Source: an uncultured Candidatus Micrarchaeota archaeon (lineage in GTDB: Archaea; Micrarchaeota; Micrarchaeia; Anstonellales; Bilamarchaeaceae). From it: DNA of 64,000 nt. Below the pieces are notes generated by a model. The model ran no database searches, was not told the origin of the DNA, and worked only from the letters and a program-made list of their open reading frames with translations. A program made the translations under genes and the position numbers. Shown here piece after piece: positions 55,421-64,000 of the stretch. The number at the start of each line of letters is the position of its first letter. The first letter of the stretch is position 1. The stretch spans positions 1,376,001 to 1,440,000 of the forward strand of contig OY970229.1 of NCBI GenBank assembly GCA_963714085.1, given 5' to 3'.

Positions 55421-55482
55421 ATCCAAGGCCCCGATGAGCGGACTATCATTACCCAAGCTAGCGAGGGGCTGCGGGGACTGGT
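55421..55482 (+). repeat. Perfect 62-bp direct repeat, copy 2
   Basis: Identical to 53612-53673. Confidence 0.95.
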
Positions 55483-55518
55483 TGTTGTTTACTCTTTGCT
55501 TACTGGAAAACAATCTTC

Positions 55519-56283
55519 CTAATTTAAGTTCGATGCTTTTTTCCAACGTTCCTCAAATTTTTTCTTGAGAACTGGTAAATGAGTCCCGATAACCTTTTTC
55601 GGTACAAACAAGACGAAAGATTCTTTTCTAGCTAAATCTTTTATGCCCCCACCAACTATAATAAGTCCGTTATTTGCAATTATATACCTATCATGCAACT
55701 CGTATCTCTTTCCGTATTGCCTAAATTCTACGTTCGTAAACTCGGTCTTAAATGCCTGAAGTTCCTTTTTGAAAATGCCCTCTTTTGATTTGTCTTCATC
55801 CCCCATCTGAGCAGTCAGAAAGCGTATCTTTCTACCTTTTCCGAAGTTATGCAATGCAGAAAGCGTTCCAAATCCATAATAAGGATCCACAATGCACAAA
55901 TCGCCACTCAGTCTTTCAAGTAGTCTTGGGAATTTTTTATTTGCGTCAGTCCAAGCATTTTCTCCATTAAAGAAAATAACCTCTTTTTCGTCTAAATCTA
56001 TATCTGTTGAACTCAACCAACCTGGTAACCAAAATTTCATTCTTCTTTCCTTTGAATTCTTTACCTTTATTACCCCTGCTCTCAGGAGCGGCTGCATTAA
56101 CGCAGTTAGATTTCTTACCTCTATCTTTTTCCCTGGACCTTCGTTTAATAAGCTAGCAAAATCGCTAGAATTAAGTATGCTATTAAACTCCCCATCAACG
56201 ACTTTCTTACAAACTCTCGAGGTAAATGTCCCTTCATTGGTTATCAATCGGGATGCAATAGCGACAACCTGGTCTTTATCCAT
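55519..56283 (-). CDS. Winged-helix-like N-terminal domain fused to a PLD-like (DPY...HDR) putative nuclease domain
   Basis: CIVDPYYG and YELHDRYII motifs of the single-domain PLD/MIT_C-like fold; N-terminal GEFNS..LTALMQPLLRAGVIK..KFW. Confidence 0.7.
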   Translation of the reverse strand: MDKDQVVAIASRLITNEGTFTSRVCKKVVDGEFNSILNSSDFASLLNEGPGKKIEVRNLTALMQPLLRAGVIKVKNSKERRMKFWLPGWLSSTDIDLDEKEVIFFNGENAWTDANKKFPRLLERLSGDLCIVDPYYGFGTLSALHNFGKGRKIRFLTAQMGDEDKSKEGIFKKELQAFKTEFTNVEFRQYGKRYELHDRYIIANNGLIIVGGGIKDLARKESFVLFVPKKVIGTHLPVLKKKFEERWKKASNLN

Positions 56284-56287
56284 AGAG

Positions 56288-56629
56288 TCACTTCTTTTTA
56301 TACATCCATCTGCTCGAAACCGTTCCATCTGTTTTCTTTTTTGTTTTATCTAAAACCCCTTTCCGCACGATTTTTCTTAGTGGGAGTGTTAAGTCAGATG
56401 CTTTGAAATGAAAGTCCTTTGATTTTAGCTCTTCGATTATGTCTGCGATAGTGCGCGGGGAATTAAAAAAACCTGTATCAAGAAGAGATAAGATTTTTTC
56501 AACTGTACTTCCAGCGTTGTACCAGGATTTTGTAGTTAATCTGGCAATGGGCTTTTGTTTACTTTCGAGCTTAGCAATTCTATTCTCATGATTTTTGAGT
56601 AACATCTTCATGTCCTCTAGTTTTGTCAT
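56288..56629 (-). CDS. Small winged-helix-like protein with an N-terminal coiled coil
   Basis: HENRIAKLE; L...GFFNSPRT..DI...L....FHF..SDLT.PL..IVRK..L; AGGTGA SD. Confidence 0.8.
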   Translation of the reverse strand: MTKLEDMKMLLKNHENRIAKLESKQKPIARLTTKSWYNAGSTVEKILSLLDTGFFNSPRTIADIIEELKSKDFHFKASDLTLPLRKIVRKGVLDKTKKKTDGTVSSRWMYKKK

Positions 56630-56636
56630 CTCAGTT

Positions 56637-57011
56637 TCACCTTTTTACATAATGCCATTTGTTATCTTTTTTCATCCTTCCGAGTTCTCTTTTTCTAACT
56701 AATCCCTGGAGGGGATTTGTCAAACTTCTTAGTGGATACACATAGCCTCTTTCCTCAAGAGCTTTTTGAATATCATTCCAGTTTTTGGGCTGATCAAAAA
56801 AACCTTCAGATTTAAGCTCCATAATCGAAATCGGTATTGATGTCTTCTTCGAAGATGCTCTTCTCGAAACTGGTTCTGCAGGGTTAGCGGAATCACAAAA
56901 TGTTAAGATTTCAGTCTTATGCCGCTTAAGCTCGCCCTCAGCTTCTGCCAAAGTTGCACCGATAACAACCACATCGTGTTTATTTCCTTTAATGATAATC
57001 CCAATAGACAT
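56637..57011 (-). CDS. Small winged-helix-like protein, paralog of 56288..56629
   Basis: LKSEGFFDQPK..NDI...L...GYVY...SLT.PL..LVRK.EL...KWHY; AGGTGA SD. Confidence 0.8.
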   Translation of the reverse strand: MSIGIIIKGNKHDVVVIGATLAEAEGELKRHKTEILTFCDSANPAEPVSRRASSKKTSIPISIMELKSEGFFDQPKNWNDIQKALEERGYVYPLRSLTNPLQGLVRKRELGRMKKDNKWHYVKR

Positions 57012-57064
57012 GCGGTTCACCTTTTTTGAGATCATTTATTTCTTAGACCGGTTTTGCCATATCC

Positions 57065-57526
57065 TTATTCAAACCCAGCTTCCACCGCCTTTAGGCCGGT
57101 ATTTGTTAATGTATACGTTAGCAAAGAGTCTACTTTGTTGTCCATAGACATCATCAAACCCCGTTTTACATTCATTTTTACTTTATCACTTATATTTGGC
57201 GGTGTTTGTTCCTTGGCTTTGCGATAGCATTCCTCTATGTCTCTGGTAGTAAACATATTTTTTGTAAGAATCTTTTCCAGATAATACCCAAAGAGCAGAG
57301 TTTTTTGGACCTCGTTTTTTGGTTTCTTTTCATTTAGTACCTCTTGTAACGAAAGTATCTTTTGTGGCGCAGGAAGCTGTAGCGGTGGAGTTTGATTTGA
57401 AGATGGCAAAGACAAAAGTTCTTTTATAAGAACTGCAGTAAAGATCTGATCTCGGTTTTCTCCATATGCTGCAGCGGCAACTTTGGCCTTTTCAATTGCT
57501 TCTTTTAGTCTATCATTGTCAATCAT
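57065..57526 (-). CDS. Helical-hairpin plus winged-helix-like protein
   Basis: KKPKNEVQKTLLFGYYL..FTTRDIEECY..NISD..KRGLM..YTLTNTG wing motif; ATGA overlap with the upstream gene. Confidence 0.8.
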   Translation of the reverse strand: MIDNDRLKEAIEKAKVAAAAYGENRDQIFTAVLIKELLSLPSSNQTPPLQLPAPQKILSLQEVLNEKKPKNEVQKTLLFGYYLEKILTKNMFTTRDIEECYRKAKEQTPPNISDKVKMNVKRGLMMSMDNKVDSLLTYTLTNTGLKAVEAGFE

Positions 57527-58044
57527 TCAGCATCACCCCTAAGTTTGGTATTTAGGTAGTCCTCGCCCGGAGCCATTACTCTATAGATAAATCCGTCTCC
57601 TCCTTGAGTTTTTACTGTTTTTCTGTCAACAAACTTTGTTTCAGGGCCAAGAACCATGGTTATTGACTCTCTTGTAACTCGTAATCTAAAAACTCGATTC
57701 AGAACATCTGAAATTTCACGTGCAAATAGTCCATCAACACCTGCAAAATCCCTTGCCAGCTTAAGTATGAAAACGGAACGATCTTTTGCAGTTTTTAATT
57801 TGCTAATCTCCGGATGATCTGTGCGATTTATTTTTGAGCAAACAATGTCGATATTATTTTGATCTCCGTTTGCAGAAACTTTTTGTGCTGCATGCTCCGT
57901 TTCTTGTTTAACCTCAGTTAACCCGCCGCCCGAGATAAGTTTTTCAAAAACTGTCTTGAAAATTATACTTTTATAAGGCTCTTCGAATCCATTTGCAACT
58001 TGTTCTGCTTTCTTTGCAGCTTCTCGAATTCCCGCTTCTTCCAT
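57523..58044 (-). CDS. Helical-hairpin plus winged-helix-like protein, distant paralog of 57065..57526
   Basis: N-terminus AAKKAEQVA..YKSIIFKTVFEKLIS parallels AIEKAKVAA..RDQIFTAVLIKELLS; C-terminus YRVMAPGEDYL. Confidence 0.78.
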   Translation of the reverse strand: MEEAGIREAAKKAEQVANGFEEPYKSIIFKTVFEKLISGGGLTEVKQETEHAAQKVSANGDQNNIDIVCSKINRTDHPEISKLKTAKDRSVFILKLARDFAGVDGLFAREISDVLNRVFRLRVTRESITMVLGPETKFVDRKTVKTQGGDGFIYRVMAPGEDYLNTKLRGDAE

Positions 58045-58668
58045 TAAAACACCCGCGTATACTTTTGTGTATCCTAATAGAATAAGAAACATATTTAAAC
58101 CATCGCATACTCCTTAGTGGATTCTCCTCCATCCTGAGATCTTCGAATACGTTTCGATGTGTTTGAAAACATGGTTTTTATTATTTTACGAAGAAAAATT
58201 TAGAAATGGATACAGAAAAGATTGTCATTTTATCTTAAACAGACCCCTGATTTGGTCGGTAAGATCTATTATAGCATTATGCATGGGTAAAAGATATGAA
58301 TATTACGGCAAAATCATAATGCCTCTCTCGACTATATTTATGCATATTTACATTTTATCATATTTATGCTAATCATAGCGCGCAGACCGTTCCACTCCGT
58401 TCCAAGTATTCACTGCCATCCTTTTATGAAACCGGAATCAAGTCGTGAAAAAACATTATTTTTTGCATAAACGTTTCGACTTTACTCTATTTGGAGTTCA
58501 AAGGCTGACCCAATTATGATTTAAACACATGCACAAAATAGGGTGATAACCCCGATAAAATTAGAAGTTGATTATTACGATTATACGTTGCTAAGGCTAG
58601 ATTCGGAACCCGCCCCAGTGTACCGTGAAAACCGCGCCTTCAAACCAGATCTGAACGCAGTGTAAGTC

Positions 58669-60600
58669 TCATTTCGCGTGCTTCTTCGTGTAGGGTATGA
58701 GCCCGCCCTCCAGCAGTATCTCGACAGCCCTGGGAGTGAGCTCGCATTTGGCTTTTATCTCCCCGGCCTTGGTCTTCAGCGTCACTTCCTTCCCTGCCTT
58801 GAGTTCTTCCCGTAATTGGGGCATCTCCACCAGGTCGCCCTGGCTCAGCTTCTCGTAGTCGGCCGGGTTCGCGAACGTCAACGGTACGATCCCCCAGTTC
58901 ATGAGGTTGTCCTTGTGTATCCTGGCCCAGCTCTTGGCGATGACCGCGCGGACGCCCAGGTACAAGGGCGCTATCGCAGCGTGCTCCCTGCTCGAGCCCT
59001 GGCCGTAGTTCTCCCCGCCCACGACGATCCCTCCGCCCTTCTCCTTGGCGCGCTTGGGGAACGTCGGGTCCACTTTCGAGAACACGAACTCTGAAATCGC
59101 AGGGACATTGGACCGGAGCGGAAGCACCTTCGCTCCCGCGGGCATGATATGGTCCGTGGTTATGTTGTCGCCGACCTTGAGCAGCACCTCCTTGGAGAGC
59201 GACGCCTCGAGCGGCTTCAATTCCGGAAGCGGCTTGATGTTCGGCCCGCGTATGATCTCGATCGAAGCGCCGTTCTCAGGCGGCCGTATTATCATGGAAT
59301 CGTCTATCTCGGTCTTCGCGCTCCTTATCTTGGGGAACTCGCCGAGCTTCCTCGGGTCCGTGAAGACGCCGCTGAGCGCGGTCGCAGCCGCGGTCTCCGG
59401 AGACACCAGGTACGCCTTGGCGTCCGCGGTCCCGCACCTGCCCTCGAAGTTCCTGTTGAACGTGCGCACGGTCACTCCACCTGAGCGCGGGGCGAGCCCC
59501 ATGCCTATGCAGGGCCCGCATGCGGATTCCAGGATCCTCGCGCCGGATGCGACGAGGTCAGCCAGCGCGCCGTTCTTCGCTATCATCTCGTATACCTGCC
59601 TTGAGCCTGGCAGTATCGCGAACGAGACCTCAGGGTGCACGGTCTTGCCCTTGACTATCGCGGCCGCTATCATCAGGTCGCGGTAGGAAGAGTTCGTGCA
59701 GCTCCCGATTATCACCTGGTTGACCTTCTGGCCTTCCAGCTCGGATATCTTGCCAACGTTGCCAGGGCTGTGCGGCTTCGCCACCATGGGCTCGATGGTG
59801 GACAGGTCTATCTCTATGCGTTCCTTGTAATCCGAGAACGAGTCCGGAGAGAGCTCCATCCACTGGTCAGCCCTCCCTTCGCTCTCAAGGTACTTCTTCG
59901 TGACGTTGTCGGACGGGAAGACGGAGGTCGTCGCGCCAAGCTCAGCGCCCATGTTCGTTATGGTCGAGCGCTCCGGGATCGAGAGCGTCTTCACGCCGGG
60001 GCCGAAGTACTCGAACACCTTGCCCACGCCGCCCTTGACATCCAGCCTCTTCAATAATTCCAGTATGACGTCCTTCGCAGACACCCAGGGCTTCAATTCG
60101 CCAGTCAGCTTCACCCCCACGATCTTAGGCATGTTCAAATAGAACTGGCCCCCGCCCATCGCGAGCGCGACGTCCAATCCTCCGGCGCCTATGGCCAAGG
60201 AGCCAGCGCCTCCTGCTGTCGGGGTGTGCGAGTCAGAGCCGAGCAGGGTCTTCCCCGGGCGTGCGAACCTCTCCAGGTGGACCTGGTGACATATGCCGTT
60301 CCCGGGTCTTGAGAACAATATGCCGTACTTCGCCGCGACCGTCCTGAGGTAATCATGGTCGTCGGCATTCATGAAATCCGTCTGTAAAGTGTTGTGGTCG
60401 ACGTAGCTCAGGGACAATTCGGTCCTCACGCGCGGAAGGCCCAGCGCCTCCCATTCCAGGTATGCCATGGTGCCGGTCGCGTCCTGGGTGAGCGTCTGGT
60501 CTATCTTTATCGCGATCTCGCTCCCTGCCGCCGGAAGCCTATTGTCCACTCCGCCTTCCACCAGATGCGCAGATAGGATCTTCTCCGTGATGGTTGCCAT
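58669..60600 (-). CDS. acn: Aconitate hydratase
   Basis: QDATG, DHN, GNGICHQ, GSDSHT, IGSCTN, CGPCIG, NRNF.GR, TTDHI.PAG, NYGQGSSREHAA. Confidence 0.95.
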   Translation of the reverse strand: MATITEKILSAHLVEGGVDNRLPAAGSEIAIKIDQTLTQDATGTMAYLEWEALGLPRVRTELSLSYVDHNTLQTDFMNADDHDYLRTVAAKYGILFSRPGNGICHQVHLERFARPGKTLLGSDSHTPTAGGAGSLAIGAGGLDVALAMGGGQFYLNMPKIVGVKLTGELKPWVSAKDVILELLKRLDVKGGVGKVFEYFGPGVKTLSIPERSTITNMGAELGATTSVFPSDNVTKKYLESEGRADQWMELSPDSFSDYKERIEIDLSTIEPMVAKPHSPGNVGKISELEGQKVNQVIIGSCTNSSYRDLMIAAAIVKGKTVHPEVSFAILPGSRQVYEMIAKNGALADLVASGARILESACGPCIGMGLAPRSGGVTVRTFNRNFEGRCGTADAKAYLVSPETAAATALSGVFTDPRKLGEFPKIRSAKTEIDDSMIIRPPENGASIEIIRGPNIKPLPELKPLEASLSKEVLLKVGDNITTDHIMPAGAKVLPLRSNVPAISEFVFSKVDPTFPKRAKEKGGGIVVGGENYGQGSSREHAAIAPLYLGVRAVIAKSWARIHKDNLMNWGIVPLTFANPADYEKLSQGDLVEMPQLREELKAGKEVTLKTKAGEIKAKCELTPRAVEILLEGGLIPYTKKHAK

Positions 60601-60748
60601 AAGATACACCTTCCTATGTTTCCGCCTGATAAGAAATTCGAGCATCTAATCAGCGCGAGCATTTATAATATTTGATGCAGCCGGAACCGGTCTTCGGCAA
60701 AAGGCGAATTACGGTATGTTTTATATTCCTCGCCGCAGAATACCCCAT

Positions 60749-61798
60749 ATGCAGAAGTTCTTCGATGACGCGCCGTCCGCCTCCTCCATAATAGCGCGCG
60801 AGGAGGTGCTCCTTCCGCTCTACCAGCCGGACGAGCTGCGCTACCGGGGAAATGAATTGCAAGTGATGGCGGACGCCGTGAAGCCGCTGCTGCGCAAGCG
60901 CCAGCCAGTGAACCTATTGATCCACGGCAATTCCGGCACTGGCAAGACGTCATGCGCCAAGGCCATAATGAGGCAGCTCTCCGAGCATTCCTCGGCCGTG
61001 CTCCCTGTCTACGCCAACTGCTGGGAGAGCCCGACGCGCGCAGCGGTATTCGGAAGGATAATCGAGGCCATGCAGCTTCCGCTCCCGAGGCGCGGGCTCG
61101 CGGTGGACGAGCTCTTCGACCGTCTGCTGCAATACGCGAAGAGCTATTCCCGTCCGGTGCTCCTTGTCCTGGACGAGCTGGACGGGCTGGAGGAGCAGGA
61201 GCTCCTGTATTCCATCGCCCGCGCGAACGAGCGGCCAGGCGTGCTCTTTGGCATAATCGGCATCACCAACAACTCGGAGTTCCTCGCGAAGCTCGACCCG
61301 CGCGTGCGCAGTTCGCTAAGATTCTCCGAGCTGACGTTCCCGGAATACAACGAGGAGCAGCTTTTCTGGATACTGAAAGACAGGGCGGTCATGGGGCTGG
61401 CGCCGAACGTATGGGACGACAAGCTCCTCACGAAGATAGCCCGGAGCGTGGACGACGGCTCGGCGCGCATCGCGCTGAGCAAGCTGTGGAAGGCGGCGAG
61501 GCATGCGGAGGATCTGGACAGGCCGAGGATCACGCTCCAGGATCTGGCGGATTCAGAGGCAGAAACAGAACAACCCGTAAGGCCCGGCGCCGCGCTCACG
61601 GAGATGGAACTGAAGATCGTGGAGCAGCTGCGCAAGGGAGAGCGGACCACGGACGAGCTCTATGCGCTGTTGAATTTCGACAAGACGAAGCGGATGTTCA
61701 TGAACCATCTCGCGAGATTGGAGGAGAAAAGGATAATCAAGATGGAGCCGCAGCCGGAGAATGGAAGGTTCGGGCCGAAGATGTGCCGGCTGATTTAG
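60749..61798 (+). CDS. cdc6: Cdc6/Orc1-family AAA+ protein (divergent paralog)
   Basis: EEVL.P.YQP..L.YR..E, GNSGTGKT, YANC, VLDELD, LDPRVRSSL, F..Y...QL..IL..R. Confidence 0.88.
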   Translation: MQKFFDDAPSASSIIAREEVLLPLYQPDELRYRGNELQVMADAVKPLLRKRQPVNLLIHGNSGTGKTSCAKAIMRQLSEHSSAVLPVYANCWESPTRAAVFGRIIEAMQLPLPRRGLAVDELFDRLLQYAKSYSRPVLLVLDELDGLEEQELLYSIARANERPGVLFGIIGITNNSEFLAKLDPRVRSSLRFSELTFPEYNEEQLFWILKDRAVMGLAPNVWDDKLLTKIARSVDDGSARIALSKLWKAARHAEDLDRPRITLQDLADSEAETEQPVRPGAALTEMELKIVEQLRKGERTTDELYALLNFDKTKRMFMNHLARLEEKRIIKMEPQPENGRFGPKMCRLI

Positions 61799-62868
61799 TC
61801 ATCCAGTTCGTTGTCGAAAAGGACGACCTTGTCGCCATCGCCCAGATCAACTGTCTCGCCACAGTCCTTATCATGCCTGTTCAGGGAAAGGACAGAATGG
61901 TCGATTTTGAGCTGCTCCAGCGCATCCACTGCTTCCAGCCCCTCGGCTGTGGACGAGGCCCCGCCTTCCCCTGAGGTGCGCAGGGTGGTAAAGCCGGGAA
62001 GCAGGACGCCGGTGTATGCGTATCTGACCATGTCGAGCTCCCCGCGCCCGTCTATCCCGCCGCTGAAGAGCCCGCTTTCCATGGCCGCTGCCAGGGTCGG
62101 CACGAGCGCCGCGGTGGGGACGTAGAACACCAGCCTCTCCCCCGTGGATCCGGGAGGCTTGCGGTTGGACATCGTGAACTTCGCAGAGACCTGGAAGCCC
62201 CTGGCGATAAGTATCGCGGCCATGTGGGCCGCCTTCATCACGCTTTCGGTGACCTGGCCGTGCACCATCTCGATGCTCAGCCTCAGCGCGTCCTCGGGCA
62301 TCACCTTCCAGCCTATGTGCGCCTGGTTCGCGAGGATATCGCGTTCCGATGCCGTGGCGCATATGGACTCCAGCGGCTTGTTTTCTCTTTCGCCCCGCGT
62401 GACATAATTGGTAAGCTCTACCCTGAGCGCGGCATGGATGAAACGGGCTGTCTCGAAGTCCGTGCACGCTACCGAAGGCGCATGCAGGTAGGAGCCCACG
62501 AAGGTCAGGCGCTTCCTGCGGTCCTCGTCTCCTGGTTGTATCGTGAAATGGTCCGACAGAGCGGCTTCGCTGATGGCATCCGTGAATTTCCCTGGCACGG
62601 AAAGCGCCATGGCTATGCGCTTCTCCCTTGACAGTTCCACAGTGCATGGGATCCTGCGCTCTGATGCGAAACCAATAAGTGCGTCTGCGAAAGCGCGGGT
62701 CGGCCAGAGGCTCCTGCCCTTGTCCTCCACTAACGCGATTCCTGCGGCGTATACGACCCCTTCGGCGCGGGCGCTTTTTTCCTCCCTCTCCAATCGCGTG
62801 CGTATCAAGCTGCTGCCCAGCGGCTCGTATCCCCAGCGGCGTACGGCACGGACCAACTCGGGCCTCAT
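61795..62868 (-). CDS. Hypothetical protein (start uncertain: 62868 or 62913)
   Basis: Long ORF convergent with cdc6; no recognisable motif. Confidence 0.6.
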   Translation of the reverse strand: MRPELVRAVRRWGYEPLGSSLIRTRLEREEKSARAEGVVYAAGIALVEDKGRSLWPTRAFADALIGFASERRIPCTVELSREKRIAMALSVPGKFTDAISEAALSDHFTIQPGDEDRRKRLTFVGSYLHAPSVACTDFETARFIHAALRVELTNYVTRGERENKPLESICATASERDILANQAHIGWKVMPEDALRLSIEMVHGQVTESVMKAAHMAAILIARGFQVSAKFTMSNRKPPGSTGERLVFYVPTAALVPTLAAAMESGLFSGGIDGRGELDMVRYAYTGVLLPGFTTLRTSGEGGASSTAEGLEAVDALEQLKIDHSVLSLNRHDKDCGETVDLGDGDKVVLFDNELDD

Positions 62869-62967
62869 CGTAGGGTATTCGAGCTGCCGGTGGCCCAGTG
62901 TGACTTTATACATAATATTGTTATAATTACAACAATTTAAATACATTGCCAAAAAGCGGAATCCGGC

Positions 62968-63225
62968 CTATCTATTCTTTTCCTTGTAATCTATCCTTTT
63001 GAGCACCTTCTTCAATTCCTCGACGCTTGGGACCTCGCCGTCATAGAGGATTTTCCCGTCTATCACGAGCGCTGGCATCCGGTGCACGTTGTACGCGGCC
63101 ATCTCGCGTATCCCTGCCGCGACGCCTATGCTCACATGGAGCTTGAGCTGTCTCAGCGCCTCGGCTAGCGTGTTCTCCATCTGCCGTGTCTCGGTGCCGA
63201 AACCCCCCACTATCACTATGTCCAT
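62968..63225 (-). CDS. Small thioredoxin-fold protein (MTH895/Thioredoxin_3-like) lacking CxxC
   Basis: I.IVG.....MENTL.EAL..Y.V..MPALVIDGK..G.VPSVEELK. Confidence 0.75.
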   Translation of the reverse strand: MDIVIVGGFGTETRQMENTLAEALRQLKLHVSIGVAAGIREMAAYNVHRMPALVIDGKILYDGEVPSVEELKKVLKRIDYKEKNR

Positions 63226-63279
63226 GGAACGCTATTCGGATGGCGTAGCAATAAAAAACTTTGCGAACCGAACAATCGC

Positions 63280-63987
63280 ATGGCGGAGATGAAACCGTAT
63301 AGGATAGTGCTATTCTGCATCATCGCGGTGTTCCTCGTGGCGATAGAGCCGATATTCGTGAACAACATCTCGTTCCTGCTCAATCCGAAGGCGCTATACG
63401 CGCTCGCCTCCGGCCAGTGGGTCGTGGTCGCGATATGGATATGCGTCTTCTCGGCGTTCTCGCTATTCCTCGTGTTCCCCAGGCAGCGGGGGGAGTTCAG
63501 GAAATACAAGGGCGCGTACGTGGCGTATATCGTCGCGCTCTTCACCGAGATGTTCGGCTTCCCTCTCACGCTCTACCTGCTCTCGAGCTTCCTGCCCGCG
63601 TCCCCGTCGCCCGCGCCGGTCCCGTACACGGTCTTCTCATTCACGTTCCTCGGCGTGGGCTACAGCCTCATGCTCACATCGCTCATCTCCGGCATAGTCT
63701 CCATATTCGCCGGAGCGGTCATCATCCTGGGATGGAAGAAGATCTACAACAACGCGTCGCTGGTCACGGACGGCATATACAAGTACTCGCGCCATCCGCA
63801 GTACCTGGGCATGTCCACCGTGATCCTCGCGTGGATGTTCGCATGGCCGACCATACCGACCACGGTGATGGGCGCCATACTCATCGTCGTCTATTACCGG
63901 CTCGCGCGAACCGAAGAAAAAGAGCTCGAGAAGGAGTTCGGCAAGGCGTACGTGGACTACAAGGAAAAGACGCCCTTATACCTCTGA
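63280..63987 (+). CDS. Isoprenylcysteine carboxyl methyltransferase (ICMT/PEMT)-family membrane protein
   Basis: ALFTEMFGFPLT, LVTDGIYKYSRHPQYLG, LAR.EE..L..EFG.AY..Y. Confidence 0.9.
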   Translation: MAEMKPYRIVLFCIIAVFLVAIEPIFVNNISFLLNPKALYALASGQWVVVAIWICVFSAFSLFLVFPRQRGEFRKYKGAYVAYIVALFTEMFGFPLTLYLLSSFLPASPSPAPVPYTVFSFTFLGVGYSLMLTSLISGIVSIFAGAVIILGWKKIYNNASLVTDGIYKYSRHPQYLGMSTVILAWMFAWPTIPTTVMGAILIVVYYRLARTEEKELEKEFGKAYVDYKEKTPLYL

Positions 63988-64000
63988 AATGAAAAAACAA

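Larger units (their letters stand above)
53612..58600. mobile_element. Horizontally acquired lower-GC island between icd and acn (no integrase seen)
   Basis: Visible shift to AT-rich sequence, strongest from 55483 to ~58600; direct repeats; interrupts the acn-icd-acl cluster. Confidence 0.7.

Noticed and set aside
53612..55482. 62-bp repeats as a CRISPR array, integron attC, hammerhead ribozyme or C/D box sRNA
   Set aside because: Only two copies 1.8 kb apart; no RYYYAAC/GTTRRRY ends; ccgatgag lacks the downstream GAAA core; no clean CUGA D boxes
55519..58044. ESCRT-II/MITD1-like membrane remodelling module
   Set aside because: wHTH and PLD-like folds are generic; no ESCRT-III or Vps4 gene nearby; the island context favours a conflict role
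60601..60748. Replication origin next to cdc6
   Set aside because: Only divergent TATA-like boxes; no ORB repeat with a G-string

Overview
Archaeal chromosomal window, mostly GC-rich; gene content and the giant surface protein suggest a DPANN lineage such as Micrarchaeota (inference only). It contains: the 3' end of rpp29 followed by ~3.4 kb of inserted orphan genes; the spc-type ribosomal operon (S17 to L15, secY, adk) with a YIP1 gene inserted between L6 and L32e; a PAS histidine kinase and receiver pair; serS; three methyltransferases; a stand-alone EF-2; an ATP-cone/Mrr nuclease; a 25-kb gene for an 8321-aa modular beta-helix surface protein; msrB; and an aconitase-IDH-ATP citrate lyase cluster. 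That cluster is split by a ~5-kb lower-GC island. The island has a module bounded by perfect 62-bp direct repeats and a tightly coupled five-gene operon of related winged-helix-like proteins ending in a PLD-like (DPY/HDR) nuclease fusion, my best candidate for an undescribed defence or conflict system. A cdc6/orc1 paralog, a Cys-less thioredoxin-like gene and an ICMT-family gene end the window. I found no tRNA, rRNA, CRISPR array, transposase or integrase. All domain calls come from motif recognition by eye; no database search was run.
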